IMG/VR virus record: IMGVR_UViG_3300050196_000278
Span: 1-39,712 of that record
Strand: one strand, 5' to 3'
From: a virus
Lineage: Duplodnaviria; Caudoviricetes
Length of the DNA stretch: 39,712 nt
In this document: in pieces, positions 18,840 to 25,631 of the stretch
Layout of the letters: each line of letters opens with the position of its first letter
How positions within the stretch are numbered: position 1 is the stretch's first letter
Position numbers and translations under genes: made by a program
The notes under the pieces: model-generated
Databases searched by the model: none
What the model saw: only the letters and a program-made list of their open reading frames with translations
What the model was told of the DNA's origin: nothing

Positions 18840-18954
18840 AAAAAAATAAACCCCCGAACACAGAAGCCTTATCATCGTTACCAAGGAGGTAGGATGCGAC
18901 TGTGACGGGGATTAAAAAGTTCGTAATTATACATGATAACAATGATAAGGAACA

Positions 18955-18962
18955 CAAAGGTA
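18955..18962 (-). promoter_or_regulatory. -7 promoter element upstream of the HNH gene
   Basis: TACCTTTG on - strand (TAnnTTTG consensus). Confidence 0.5.
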
Positions 18963-18963
18963 G

Positions 18964-19539
18964 TTAAATTGTAGCATTTGCGTACTCAATAAATAAATCT
19001 AAATACTTCTTTTTTTCGGTAATCAAATGACTAAACTTATGAAACCTTGCTACCGCTACGGGAAATATTTTCATTTGGCTAAAAGTGTCTAGCCGATGAG
19101 TTTTGTTATGGCATCCACAGCGATTGCCTACTACTACAAAATTCCATTCATTTGCCGCTACCGATGGGAACCCACTATTACCACTTTTAGGGAAAATATG
19201 CCCCGTTGAATTGCGATAATCAGCTTTACTTATAAAGTCGCCACATTCCCAACATTTAGGATTTTTAGATATTACCTTTTCTGCATTTTTCCAAAAACAT
19301 GCCATTCTATCTACTACTATATCATTTGCTTCATTATCCATTTCTTTTGAAGGTATAAATGATTGTGGCAATGAAGATTTATTTTTTTGCTGTTCGGCTA
19401 TTGATGCTTTCTGCTGTTGCTTTTCTTTTTCAGCACGTTTAGCACTCACCTTTGGTATTGTGTATATTTTCTTTGGCTTCAATGGTCTATCATTATTGAT
19501 ATGATTCAATCTGCTTCTTTGGTAGTCTGTTAATGCCAT
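18964..19539 (-). CDS. NinG/Rap-like or HNH-like nuclease
   Basis: CWECG, GHIFPK, EWN...RCGCHNKTH. Confidence 0.6.
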   Translation of the reverse strand: MALTDYQRSRLNHINNDRPLKPKKIYTIPKVSAKRAEKEKQQQKASIAEQQKNKSSLPQSFIPSKEMDNEANDIVVDRMACFWKNAEKVISKNPKCWECGDFISKADYRNSTGHIFPKSGNSGFPSVAANEWNFVVVGNRCGCHNKTHRLDTFSQMKIFPVAVARFHKFSHLITEKKKYLDLFIEYANATI

Positions 19540-19603
19540 TTATTTTTTTATTTTGGTGTACAAGTTGTAGCCTTAGTTGCGGCAATCGGAGAGTTGGCTG
19601 CTA

Positions 19604-19933
19604 TTAATCCCAAAATCCATGAATTGCATAGAAATTTAAGCTAGAAACTCCAAAATCAGTTTTACCACAAAAACCAGTACCTGTTCTACGCCAATCTATT
19701 AATTTTTTGTTTTTCATTTTTTTTAGCCTATATTGAATTTTGCGAATATTTGACCAGTAATCTTTAGTATTATTTTGTAACTCTAAACATTTTAAGCAGA
19801 CTTCGTAGAAGTCAGACATTATGTGTAAATCCCCCAATTTATTATGTTTCAAATATTCTAAAACATTATTTTCAAAACAGCAGCCAACATTTGCATTTGC
19901 TAAATTGTGGCTTGACGAATCCGCTATGTTCAT
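19604..19933 (-). CDS. Cassette 1 hypothetical protein
   Basis: Frame is open to 20083 across hairpin 1; start uncertain (ATG 19933 lies inside the hairpin). Confidence 0.55.
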   Translation of the reverse strand: MNIADSSSHNLANANVGCCFENNVLEYLKHNKLGDLHIMSDFYEVCLKCLELQNNTKDYWSNIRKIQYRLKKMKNKKLIDWRRTGTGFCGKTDFGVSSLNFYAIHGFWD

Positions 19934-20021
19934 TTGTACTACTATTAAACTGTTGAATAATTTGCTGTGAAGCTGTGGTAATTCTATTGCCCCAACTTCG
20001 CAATATGCTTTTTCGTTATGT
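19879..20021 (+). repeat. attC-like hairpin 1
   Basis: AGCAGCCAACA..GCATTTGCTAAATTGTGGC...GCCCCAACTTCGCAATATGC..TTCGTT (GTT at 20015). Confidence 0.75.
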
Positions 20022-20083
20022 GTCATATTGCCCCTTGCCACACAGCAGTTCATTAATGGGCTTGACGTTCCGAATTTCAACAT

Positions 20084-20461
20084 TTACCACGGCAGTATTC
20101 CATCTGATATTCTTTGTTGCTCTGCGGCGGCATCTTCAAAAGAAATCTGAAAAGTCGGTTCAACGAGTAATTGCTCCATGTAAGAAGGTTCTTCGTAGTC
20201 GCCACGGAAGTATTTTAGCAGAAATTCAAAATGCCAATGTCCTTCTTTATCAACTCCTTCAAATGGGAAGTCTCCTTGTTTTATTTCATCGGCAACCATA
20301 TCACTATCGAAATGTCCTCCCATTACATAAAGGCATTCTTTTAGTTCTGCATCTACATAATATTCGCCATCTTCATTTTTCTTAATTGGAACATCGGCAA
20401 TCGCATAGCAATATTTACTCAATGTTTCTTTGTAATCTTCGAGAAATTCTTTGTAGTCCAT
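20084..20461 (-). CDS. Cassette 2 acidic hypothetical protein
   Basis: 125 aa ORF wholly between hairpins 1 and 2. Confidence 0.7.
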   Translation of the reverse strand: MDYKEFLEDYKETLSKYCYAIADVPIKKNEDGEYYVDAELKECLYVMGGHFDSDMVADEIKQGDFPFEGVDKEGHWHFEFLLKYFRGDYEEPSYMEQLLVEPTFQISFEDAAAEQQRISDGILPW

Positions 20462-20517
20462 ACGTTTTATTTTAACAGTTTAAAAATTTGACCATGCTCC
20501 GCAGCTTCGCAATACGA

Positions 20518-20631
20518 ACACATAACAAGGGGTTTTATGCAATAAGGGCGGAAGTACAAAGCCGGGCGATTATAAAGCCTGGCATTAAATCAGTCATTGC
20601 CCTTACTGCATAAAGCCCCGAACCGTTAGTG
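20518..20631 (+). repeat. attC-like hairpin 2
   Basis: ACACATAACA.GGGGTTTTATGCAATAAGGGC...GCCCTTACTGCATAAAGCCCC.AACCGTT (GTT at 20625). Confidence 0.85.
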
Positions 20632-20835
20632 GCAATGAACAGACACCGTTATTTTAAGGTCGTTTATACAAGTTTGAATTGCTACAACTTGGTCGTGGTC
20701 ACTTGGTATCCCGTATATTATACGCTCCCACCTATCTATTAATTCGTTTAATTTTTGTGTTGGGACATCACTGCCCCTAACACGGGGTTTTGCGTCATTT
20801 GGGCTGATGAATTGCCTTTCAACATTTGTACTCAT
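20626..20835 (-). CDS. Cassette 3 hypothetical protein
   Basis: Only ATGs lie inside hairpin 3; the stop TAA overlaps the GTTA core at 20626-20628. Confidence 0.55.
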   Translation of the reverse strand: MSTNVERQFISPNDAKPRVRGSDVPTQKLNELIDRWERIIYGIPSDHDQVVAIQTCINDLKITVSVHCH

Positions 20836-20908
20836 ATCATCTTTAGTTTTTATTATGAACATTAGTTTTTCAAATTCCAAAACAACCGCAAAGCCCTGTT
20901 CGTTAGCG
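20772..20908 (+). repeat. attC-like hairpin 3
   Basis: TGCCCCTAACACGGGGTTTTGCG...CGCAAAGCCCTGTTCGTT (GTT at 20902). Confidence 0.8.
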
Positions 20909-20909
20909 G

Positions 20910-21182
20910 TCAGGCTAAAACGACATCCTGAATTTCAGCTTTAACTTTTGCCCAATAGACAATATATTCTTGACCTTCTTTGCGTTCATGTATCCAATCA
21001 AGTTTTCTGCCTTGTCTAATTTCTTGCAATATTTCATCTACTACTATGGTAGCAACTTTCTTTGCTTGTGATAAAATCTGTTCAGGGTATTCGTGGTTGG
21101 TAAGCATTGAACTACCAACATAACCGTGAACGTAATCTTTGAACTTTTCTACAAGTTCTTGTGCTTTTTCTTTTTCCGACAT
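20910..21182 (-). CDS. Cassette 4 hypothetical phage protein
   Basis: 90 aa; MSEKEKAQELVEKF...AKKVATIVVDEIL...YWAKVKAEI. Confidence 0.75.
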   Translation of the reverse strand: MSEKEKAQELVEKFKDYVHGYVGSSMLTNHEYPEQILSQAKKVATIVVDEILQEIRQGRKLDWIHERKEGQEYIVYWAKVKAEIQDVVLA

Positions 21183-21226
21183 TTTACTGTTATTTAAAAT
21201 TAATACCCTTTCGAAACTAAGCCCGA

Positions 21227-21359
21227 ACCGCTAACAAGGGTTTGTAGCAATAGGGGCAGAAGTGCAAATATTGAGCTGTGTACTTCTAATCAGCTTTTGT
21301 AGTGCATTGAACAGTAATGCTAAAAATCCCCTACTGCTACAAGCCCTGAACCGTTACCT
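21227..21359 (+). repeat. attC-like hairpin 4
   Basis: ACCGCTAACAAGGGTTTGTAGCAATAGGGG...CCCCTACTGCTACAAGCCCTGAACCGTT (GTT at 21353). Confidence 0.88.
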
Positions 21360-21364
21360 GCCAT

Positions 21365-21502
21365 TTAAGACCACCATTTATAGACACCACCACACTTTTC
21401 TTCAAAATAATTATCAATATCTTCATCTGTAGGGTCATTGTTAAAATGAACCTCATGTGTTTCGCCATCTTTTACCATTAGGAAATAAACTACTTTTTTC
21501 AT
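21365..21502 (-). CDS. Cassette 5 small protein (45 aa, not in ORF track)
   Basis: Manual translation MKKVVYFLMVKDGETHEVHFNNDPTDEDIDNYFEEKCGGVYKWWS; A-rich leader; fills the unit. Confidence 0.7.
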   Translation of the reverse strand: MKKVVYFLMVKDGETHEVHFNNDPTDEDIDNYFEEKCGGVYKWWS

Positions 21503-21533
21503 TTTTATTTAATTTTTAATTGTGAAATAAAAC

Positions 21534-21735
21534 GGCAGCTAACATTGGGTTTTGTGCAAGTGTGGCCTGACGTAGTAACAATCAGCAGTAGCCACTCTAC
21601 TGTACTTCAGTTCGGGGCTTGACGAATAAAGCCCAGCTTTGGTTTCTTAATATTTAACTTTAGCAAAAAGCCATGCACCGGTAGCGGGCGGACGGAATGC
21701 TAATTCCACACCTGCACAAAGCCCGGCCGTTACCT
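21534..21735 (+). repeat. attC-like hairpin 5 (longest, about 200 bp)
   Basis: GGCAGCTAACATTGGGTTTTGTGCAAGTGTGG...CCACACCTGCACAAAGCCCGGCCGTT (GTT at 21729). Confidence 0.85.
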
Positions 21736-21736
21736 G

Positions 21737-22021
21737 CTACTTGGTGGACACGGGCTGCTTCTCAAAGTTGTATAAGTTAATAAAACAACCTTCAGTTCCA
21801 ATATTTACAGTTGTTACTTCAAGCATTTTTATTTTTGTTTTCTCGAAACAAAAAATACACTTATTGCCATTTTCACAATTAACTTCTAATGTTTCATTCC
21901 ATACTCTTATTCCAGTATTCTCATTTTTATGATTAAAGACAAAACGATTTGGATAATTACCTCTTATTGTATAACCAATGTTTGTTAAACATTTCATTAA
22001 ATCAGTGTGTGTTAATAACAT
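21737..22021 (-). CDS. Cassette 6 hypothetical protein
   Basis: 94 aa ORF filling the unit. Confidence 0.7.
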   Translation of the reverse strand: MLLTHTDLMKCLTNIGYTIRGNYPNRFVFNHKNENTGIRVWNETLEVNCENGNKCIFCFEKTKIKMLEVTTVNIGTEGCFINLYNFEKQPVSTK

Positions 22022-22063
22022 TTTATTTTATTTTGTGTCCACAAAGTCCTTTGGACTTCAAGC

Positions 22064-22203
22064 AGCAGGTAACATAAGTATTGCTGCAATTGTGGCTTGA
22101 CGTTAATAATTAGGCAGTAGTTAAATTCGGCTCATCTTAGAACCTTGCTTCAACAGTTGTGCTGCCAATTCCACAACTGCAAAGCAATACGTATTCGTGC
22201 TAT
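22064..22203 (+). repeat. attC-like hairpin 6 (right core altered to GTG)
   Basis: AGCAGGTAACATAAGTATTGCTGCAATTGTGG...CCACAACTGCAAAGCAATACGTATTCGTG (22197). Confidence 0.75.
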
Positions 22204-22600
22204 GCTGTGCGACTTCAAAATTTAAAAGTGATTTGAGCCTTTCTACTATCTGTTTTTTATCAAATTCCATTATCTCAATTGTAAAAGCAAATTGCTTAAA
22301 TGATAAGTAGCACTCGTAAATTATTTTATTTGCTACCAAAAAATTTGCACAAGAAAGATATTGAGTAGCCGTAATTTTATTATCACTTATTAACTTTTCC
22401 AAAATATCGCCAATACAATAGACATAATTTTTAACATACTTTTTTTGGCTTTTAATGGCTTCTTTAATTATCATTGGTAGGGTATCTTTTACAATATCCA
22501 TATCTATATCAGTGTGACAATTTTTACAAATATCTTGATGAACATATCCAAGCCATTCTAACTTCTTATGTTCTTCACAAATAGGACAATAATCTTTCAT
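22121..22600 (-). CDS. Cassette 7 protein with N-terminal zinc ribbon
   Basis: CPIC...CKNC; C-terminus reads into hairpin 6. Confidence 0.65.
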   Translation of the reverse strand: MKDYCPICEEHKKLEWLGYVHQDICKNCHTDIDMDIVKDTLPMIIKEAIKSQKKYVKNYVYCIGDILEKLISDNKITATQYLSCANFLVANKIIYECYLSFKQFAFTIEIMEFDKKQIVERLKSLLNFEVAQHSTNTYCFAVVELAAQLLKQGSKMSRI

Positions 22601-22629
22601 TTTGAATAAATTTTACACCCCGAAAAAAA

Positions 22630-22768
22630 GCACAGCATATAACAGGGGTTTTGCAATATGGTGGCAGTAGTACTAATATTGAGCATCGTACTACTATGAT
22701 GCTTCGGTGGTTAATTGAACATTTGAGCCTTGAATGCCACCACATCGCAAAGCCCTAATCCGTTATAT
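22630..22768 (+). repeat. attC-like hairpin 7
   Basis: GCACAGCATATAACAGGGGTTTTGCAATATGGTGGCA...TGCCACCACATCGCAAAGCCCTAATCCGTT (GTT at 22762). Confidence 0.85.
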
Positions 22769-22777
22769 TAGGCACAA

Positions 22778-23074
22778 TTAAGCGTCAAAGAAAGTCTCGA
22801 AGTATTTATCAGGTATGATTAACCCTTGTTCTCGACAGTGTTCCATAAATTGAGAAACAACATTTGTGTTATGCTCAGCCTGTTTTTGTTCTGACATAGA
22901 ATTATAATCATCACAAAGAACTAAATCAAGCCTATCGCCAATCCTACAACCTGCTTTTGAATGCTCCCCACTTGGCTCTTTTTCAATTCCCGCTTCATCC
23001 AGTCTTTGATGAACGTAGTCTTTAAACGCTTGTAGTTTGTTTACTTTTTCTTGTAATTCATTATTCGTTTCCAT
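22778..23074 (-). CDS. Cassette 8 hypothetical phage protein
   Basis: 98 aa; KLQAFKDYVHQRLDEAGI...GCRIGDRLD. Confidence 0.75.
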   Translation of the reverse strand: METNNELQEKVNKLQAFKDYVHQRLDEAGIEKEPSGEHSKAGCRIGDRLDLVLCDDYNSMSEQKQAEHNTNVVSQFMEHCREQGLIIPDKYFETFFDA

Positions 23075-23083
23075 AATTTAAAC

Positions 23084-23219
23084 TGCACCCAACATGGTTA
23101 TTGGCAAAAGCGGGGCTGAACGCTGTATGCTCAACAGGAGTACATAATTTATCTTTAGAATAAAGGCTGAACGGTTGTACTCCGAATATCCCGCCTTCGC
23201 CAATAACTGAACGTTGGCT
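23084..23219 (+). repeat. attC-like hairpin 8
   Basis: TGCACCCAACATGGTTATTGGCAAAAGCGGG...CCCGCCTTCGCCAATAACTGAACGTT (GTT at 23213). Confidence 0.85.
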
Positions 23220-23235
23220 GTAATTGCTACATCGT

Positions 23236-23451
23236 TTAACTTGAATGAATAAATCTATCTGGGTCGGTTTGCTCAAGCAAGCCAATTGACAGGCTATAAT
23301 ATGTATCACACAAATCTCTTAAAGAATGAGTTGTATTATTAGCTTTTGCATTTGACCATCTATCTGCAAAATCTCTTAGAATGTTTTTTATTTCAGTAGG
23401 CGTTAGTTTTATCATTACGCTTTTATCATTATTTAAATCAATGTTTGACAT
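23236..23451 (-). CDS. Cassette 9 hypothetical protein
   Basis: ORF from ATG 23451 (MSNIDL) filling the unit. Confidence 0.65.
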   Translation of the reverse strand: MSNIDLNNDKSVMIKLTPTEIKNILRDFADRWSNAKANNTTHSLRDLCDTYYSLSIGLLEQTDPDRFIHSS

Positions 23452-23490
23452 ATATTTTATTTTCAAAGTTTTATAATTTTACTGCAACTA

Positions 23491-23623
23491 ACAGCCAACA
23501 TAAGGTTTGGCAGAAGTCGGGGAACGAGAATATGTTCTCAACTTCACCTACAATTTAGCTGTGTAGGTAGTTCAGCACCAGCCTTTCAAATACCGCCCGA
23601 CCGCCAAGCCTATTTCGTTGGCT
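23491..23623 (+). repeat. attC-like hairpin 9
   Basis: ACAGCCAACATAAGGTTTGGCAGAAGTCGGG...CCCGACCGCCAAGCCTATTTCGTT (GTT at 23617). Confidence 0.82.
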
Positions 23624-23624
23624 G

Positions 23625-23879
23625 CTACTCCAATCCATCTTCAATTATTCCAATAATGGCATTATTTAACTCAATAGCGATACCTTTTTCACTTCCAAAT
23701 ACCAATTCTGCACGTAATATCTCAAAGGTTGTTTCGTCTTGGCTTATTTGATGAAGTCCATGACACTCTTCAATAGTAGGAGGGTGCTTAGTTGTTATTC
23801 TATTATACGTTACCAATAATTCAGCTTTAATATCCCCTATTGGTATTGATTTGGTTATGTTGTATTCTGTATTTTTCAT
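23625..23879 (-). CDS. Hypothetical protein
   Basis: 84 aa ORF; stop 8 nt from the hairpin 9 core. Confidence 0.65.
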   Translation of the reverse strand: MKNTEYNITKSIPIGDIKAELLVTYNRITTKHPPTIEECHGLHQISQDETTFEILRAELVFGSEKGIAIELNNAIIGIIEDGLE

Positions 23880-23889
23880 GGTTGATTTA

Positions 23890-24321
23890 TTAGTTGCAAC
23901 AAAAGTGAACGGTTAGGCAGAAAACTAAGAAAACTAAACGATACCAACTACACCCTTTCTCATTATTATTCCCCATTGTATTTTGTTTTTCAAGTGATTT
24001 AAAATAGTCCTCTAATGTCCCAATACCAAACCTTTGTCTTTCTTCGTCGGTCAATTTCCTCTTTTCGCCACACATAGAGCATTGCATTTCGGACGCTTCT
24101 TTTGGTGCCGTGTGGGTTAATTCGTAATCGTGTTCACCATCATTCAAACAATCGGCAATATCCGCAGAATAAGAATAAATAATAGACGTAGTAAACACAA
24201 ATGATTTTCTACACTCGCTACACTCCATTTGATGATTAACATCTTGCTCGCACCCAAATCCATCATCGTGATTTACGTCTTGCCAATGACCACAATAAGG
24301 GCATTCTATATCTTTACTCAT
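23890..24321 (-). CDS. Multi-zinc-ribbon protein
   Basis: CPYC, CSEC, CLNDGEH, CSMC. Confidence 0.7.
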   Translation of the reverse strand: MSKDIECPYCGHWQDVNHDDGFGCEQDVNHQMECSECRKSFVFTTSIIYSYSADIADCLNDGEHDYELTHTAPKEASEMQCSMCGEKRKLTDEERQRFGIGTLEDYFKSLEKQNTMGNNNEKGCSWYRLVFLVFCLTVHFCCN

Positions 24322-24323
24322 AA

Positions 24324-24548
24324 CTACTTGTTTAATGATTTAATGTACATTTCATATAGTTGACTTTCGTCACAAGAGTTTTGAAACCTGCTTACATCCT
24401 CATATAGCCACGATATAAACGCTATTACTTCTTGCTTAGAATAATCTTGCATTGCGGTAAATATATTACCCATATTATCTCCCAAAAAATCTAACTCTAT
24501 AACATCTAAATGCTGTTCTAAAAAATCTATTTTTGTTATACTACTCAT
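24324..24548 (-). CDS. Hypothetical protein
   Basis: 74 aa, tightly packed in the operon. Confidence 0.65.
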   Translation of the reverse strand: MSSITKIDFLEQHLDVIELDFLGDNMGNIFTAMQDYSKQEVIAFISWLYEDVSRFQNSCDESQLYEMYIKSLNK

Positions 24549-24696
24549 TGGTTATTTGCTTTAGTGTTACTATTTCGTGTGGTACATCTTGGGTTTGTCT
24601 AGCTAAATTAAAAGCAGCCGTTTTGCCACACCTTCTTGCTTGGGATATAAATGGAGTATATCCTTTGGTATCACATTCCTTTATAAATTCAGCCAT
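24541..24696 (-). CDS. Small hypothetical protein (51 aa, not in ORF track)
   Basis: Manual translation MAEFIKECDTKGYTPFISQARRCGKTAAFNLARQ...; fills the gap between neighbours. Confidence 0.5.
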   Translation of the reverse strand: MAEFIKECDTKGYTPFISQARRCGKTAAFNLARQTQDVPHEIVTLKQITNE

Positions 24697-24730
24697 TTCG
24701 ACTATTTTGCTTGGGATAATATTTGCTTGG

Positions 24731-25051
24731 TTACTTATATTGCGATTGTTTTATAAAAATAGGTTCTTGGTGTACAGGCGTTGGCAATTCTCTTTTTGAT
24801 TTTACTTGCTTTTCGTAGTTAGGCAAAAACTCTCCGAACTCTCTTAGCATATTTACCTTAGCCATTACGTGGAGCTTATCCGAAATGCTGCCTTTTGTGA
24901 AAATATTGAACGCTGTGCCTTTTGTCATTATTGGGTTTACGGTACTTACTTGTGTCCAATCTTTTATGTTATTTTGAGCATTAACAAGCATTTGTATTAA
25001 ATCATCGGCACTTATGGTTTCGGCTATTTTATTTGCTTCATTTCTGTTCAT
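24731..25051 (-). CDS. Hypothetical protein
   Basis: ORF from ATG 25051 (MNRNEA). Confidence 0.65.
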   Translation of the reverse strand: MNRNEANKIAETISADDLIQMLVNAQNNIKDWTQVSTVNPIMTKGTAFNIFTKGSISDKLHVMAKVNMLREFGEFLPNYEKQVKSKRELPTPVHQEPIFIKQSQYK

Positions 25052-25114
25052 TGGTCGTTTTTTTTGCTTATTCAAAATTAATAATACCCTTAATTAACTC
25101 ACCTTAAATTATTA

Positions 25115-25339
25115 TTAAACTTTTGGTTGGTATTTTTGATTCTCAAAACGAACCCCATTTTCAAGTTTATAAATCCAATTCAAAAAATGTTCAGCGTTAT
25201 ATGGGCTATTTACTTTTGATTTATAATAATCAAATGCCGACCTTAATAAGAATCCATCAAACATAGCCTTTGCTTCTGCAAGAAATGCTTCTGGCTCGTA
25301 TCTTGGATACTCTCTCTTTTTTTCGTTCCAATTACTCAT
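25115..25339 (-). CDS. Hypothetical protein
   Basis: 74 aa; ATGA overlap with the upstream gene. Confidence 0.65.
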   Translation of the reverse strand: MSNWNEKKREYPRYEPEAFLAEAKAMFDGFLLRSAFDYYKSKVNSPYNAEHFLNWIYKLENGVRFENQKYQPKV

Positions 25340-25602
25340 GGTTTATCTGTATTTAATGATTTAATATATTTTTCAAAAAGTAGTGTTTGATTATACCTTT
25401 CAGCACCATTAAAATAATAAACGCCATTACCATTAATAATCAAATCTATTTCCCAATTATTTTTATCACACCAAATACTAAACCCTACTGCATACTTCTC
25501 TACTATTGATGCACACGACTTAGCTACTTCGATATTACTATAACTGCACTCCTCAAAACCATGCTCAATTTTATCAAGCAAATCTTTCTCTATTGTATTC
25601 AT
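25336..25602 (-). CDS. Hypothetical protein
   Basis: 88 aa; C-terminus (LFEKYIKSLN) resembles that of 24324..24548 (LYEMYIKSLN). Confidence 0.65.
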   Translation of the reverse strand: MNTIEKDLLDKIEHGFEECSYSNIEVAKSCASIVEKYAVGFSIWCDKNNWEIDLIINGNGVYYFNGAERYNQTLLFEKYIKSLNTDKP

Positions 25603-25631
25603 TGGTTTAGTTTTAGGTTACTTAAATTAGT

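Larger units (their letters stand above)
19593..23627. mobile_element. Integron-like gene-cassette array (9 units, 9 attC-like hairpins), no integrase in window
   Basis: One ORF per unit; hairpins bounded by YAACA...CGTT; unit ends mutually complementary in 8 of 9 units. Confidence 0.8.

Noticed and set aside
18273-18962. HNH genes (also 37162..37995) as group I intron ORFs
   Set aside because: Flanking genes appear complete and no interrupted host gene is evident; treated as free-standing.
19975-20385. 136 aa + strand ORF in the array that would give canonical cassette orientation
   Set aside because: Antisense to a more protein-like ORF, starts at a non-ATG codon within a hairpin and has atypical composition.
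23061-23309. 82 aa ORF across hairpin 8
   Set aside because: It overlaps two better ORFs and is mostly hairpin sequence; kept only as evidence that the hairpins are open on the - strand.
19879-23623. Hairpins as simple terminators, REPs or MITEs
   Set aside because: There are no consistent U-tracts or target duplications. Flank complementarity is generally better across each gene unit than across each hairpin, which these elements would not produce.
19593-23627. CRISPR array interpretation of the periodic repeats
   Set aside because: Repeats are 110-200 bp, diverged and separated by whole genes; no cas genes are present.
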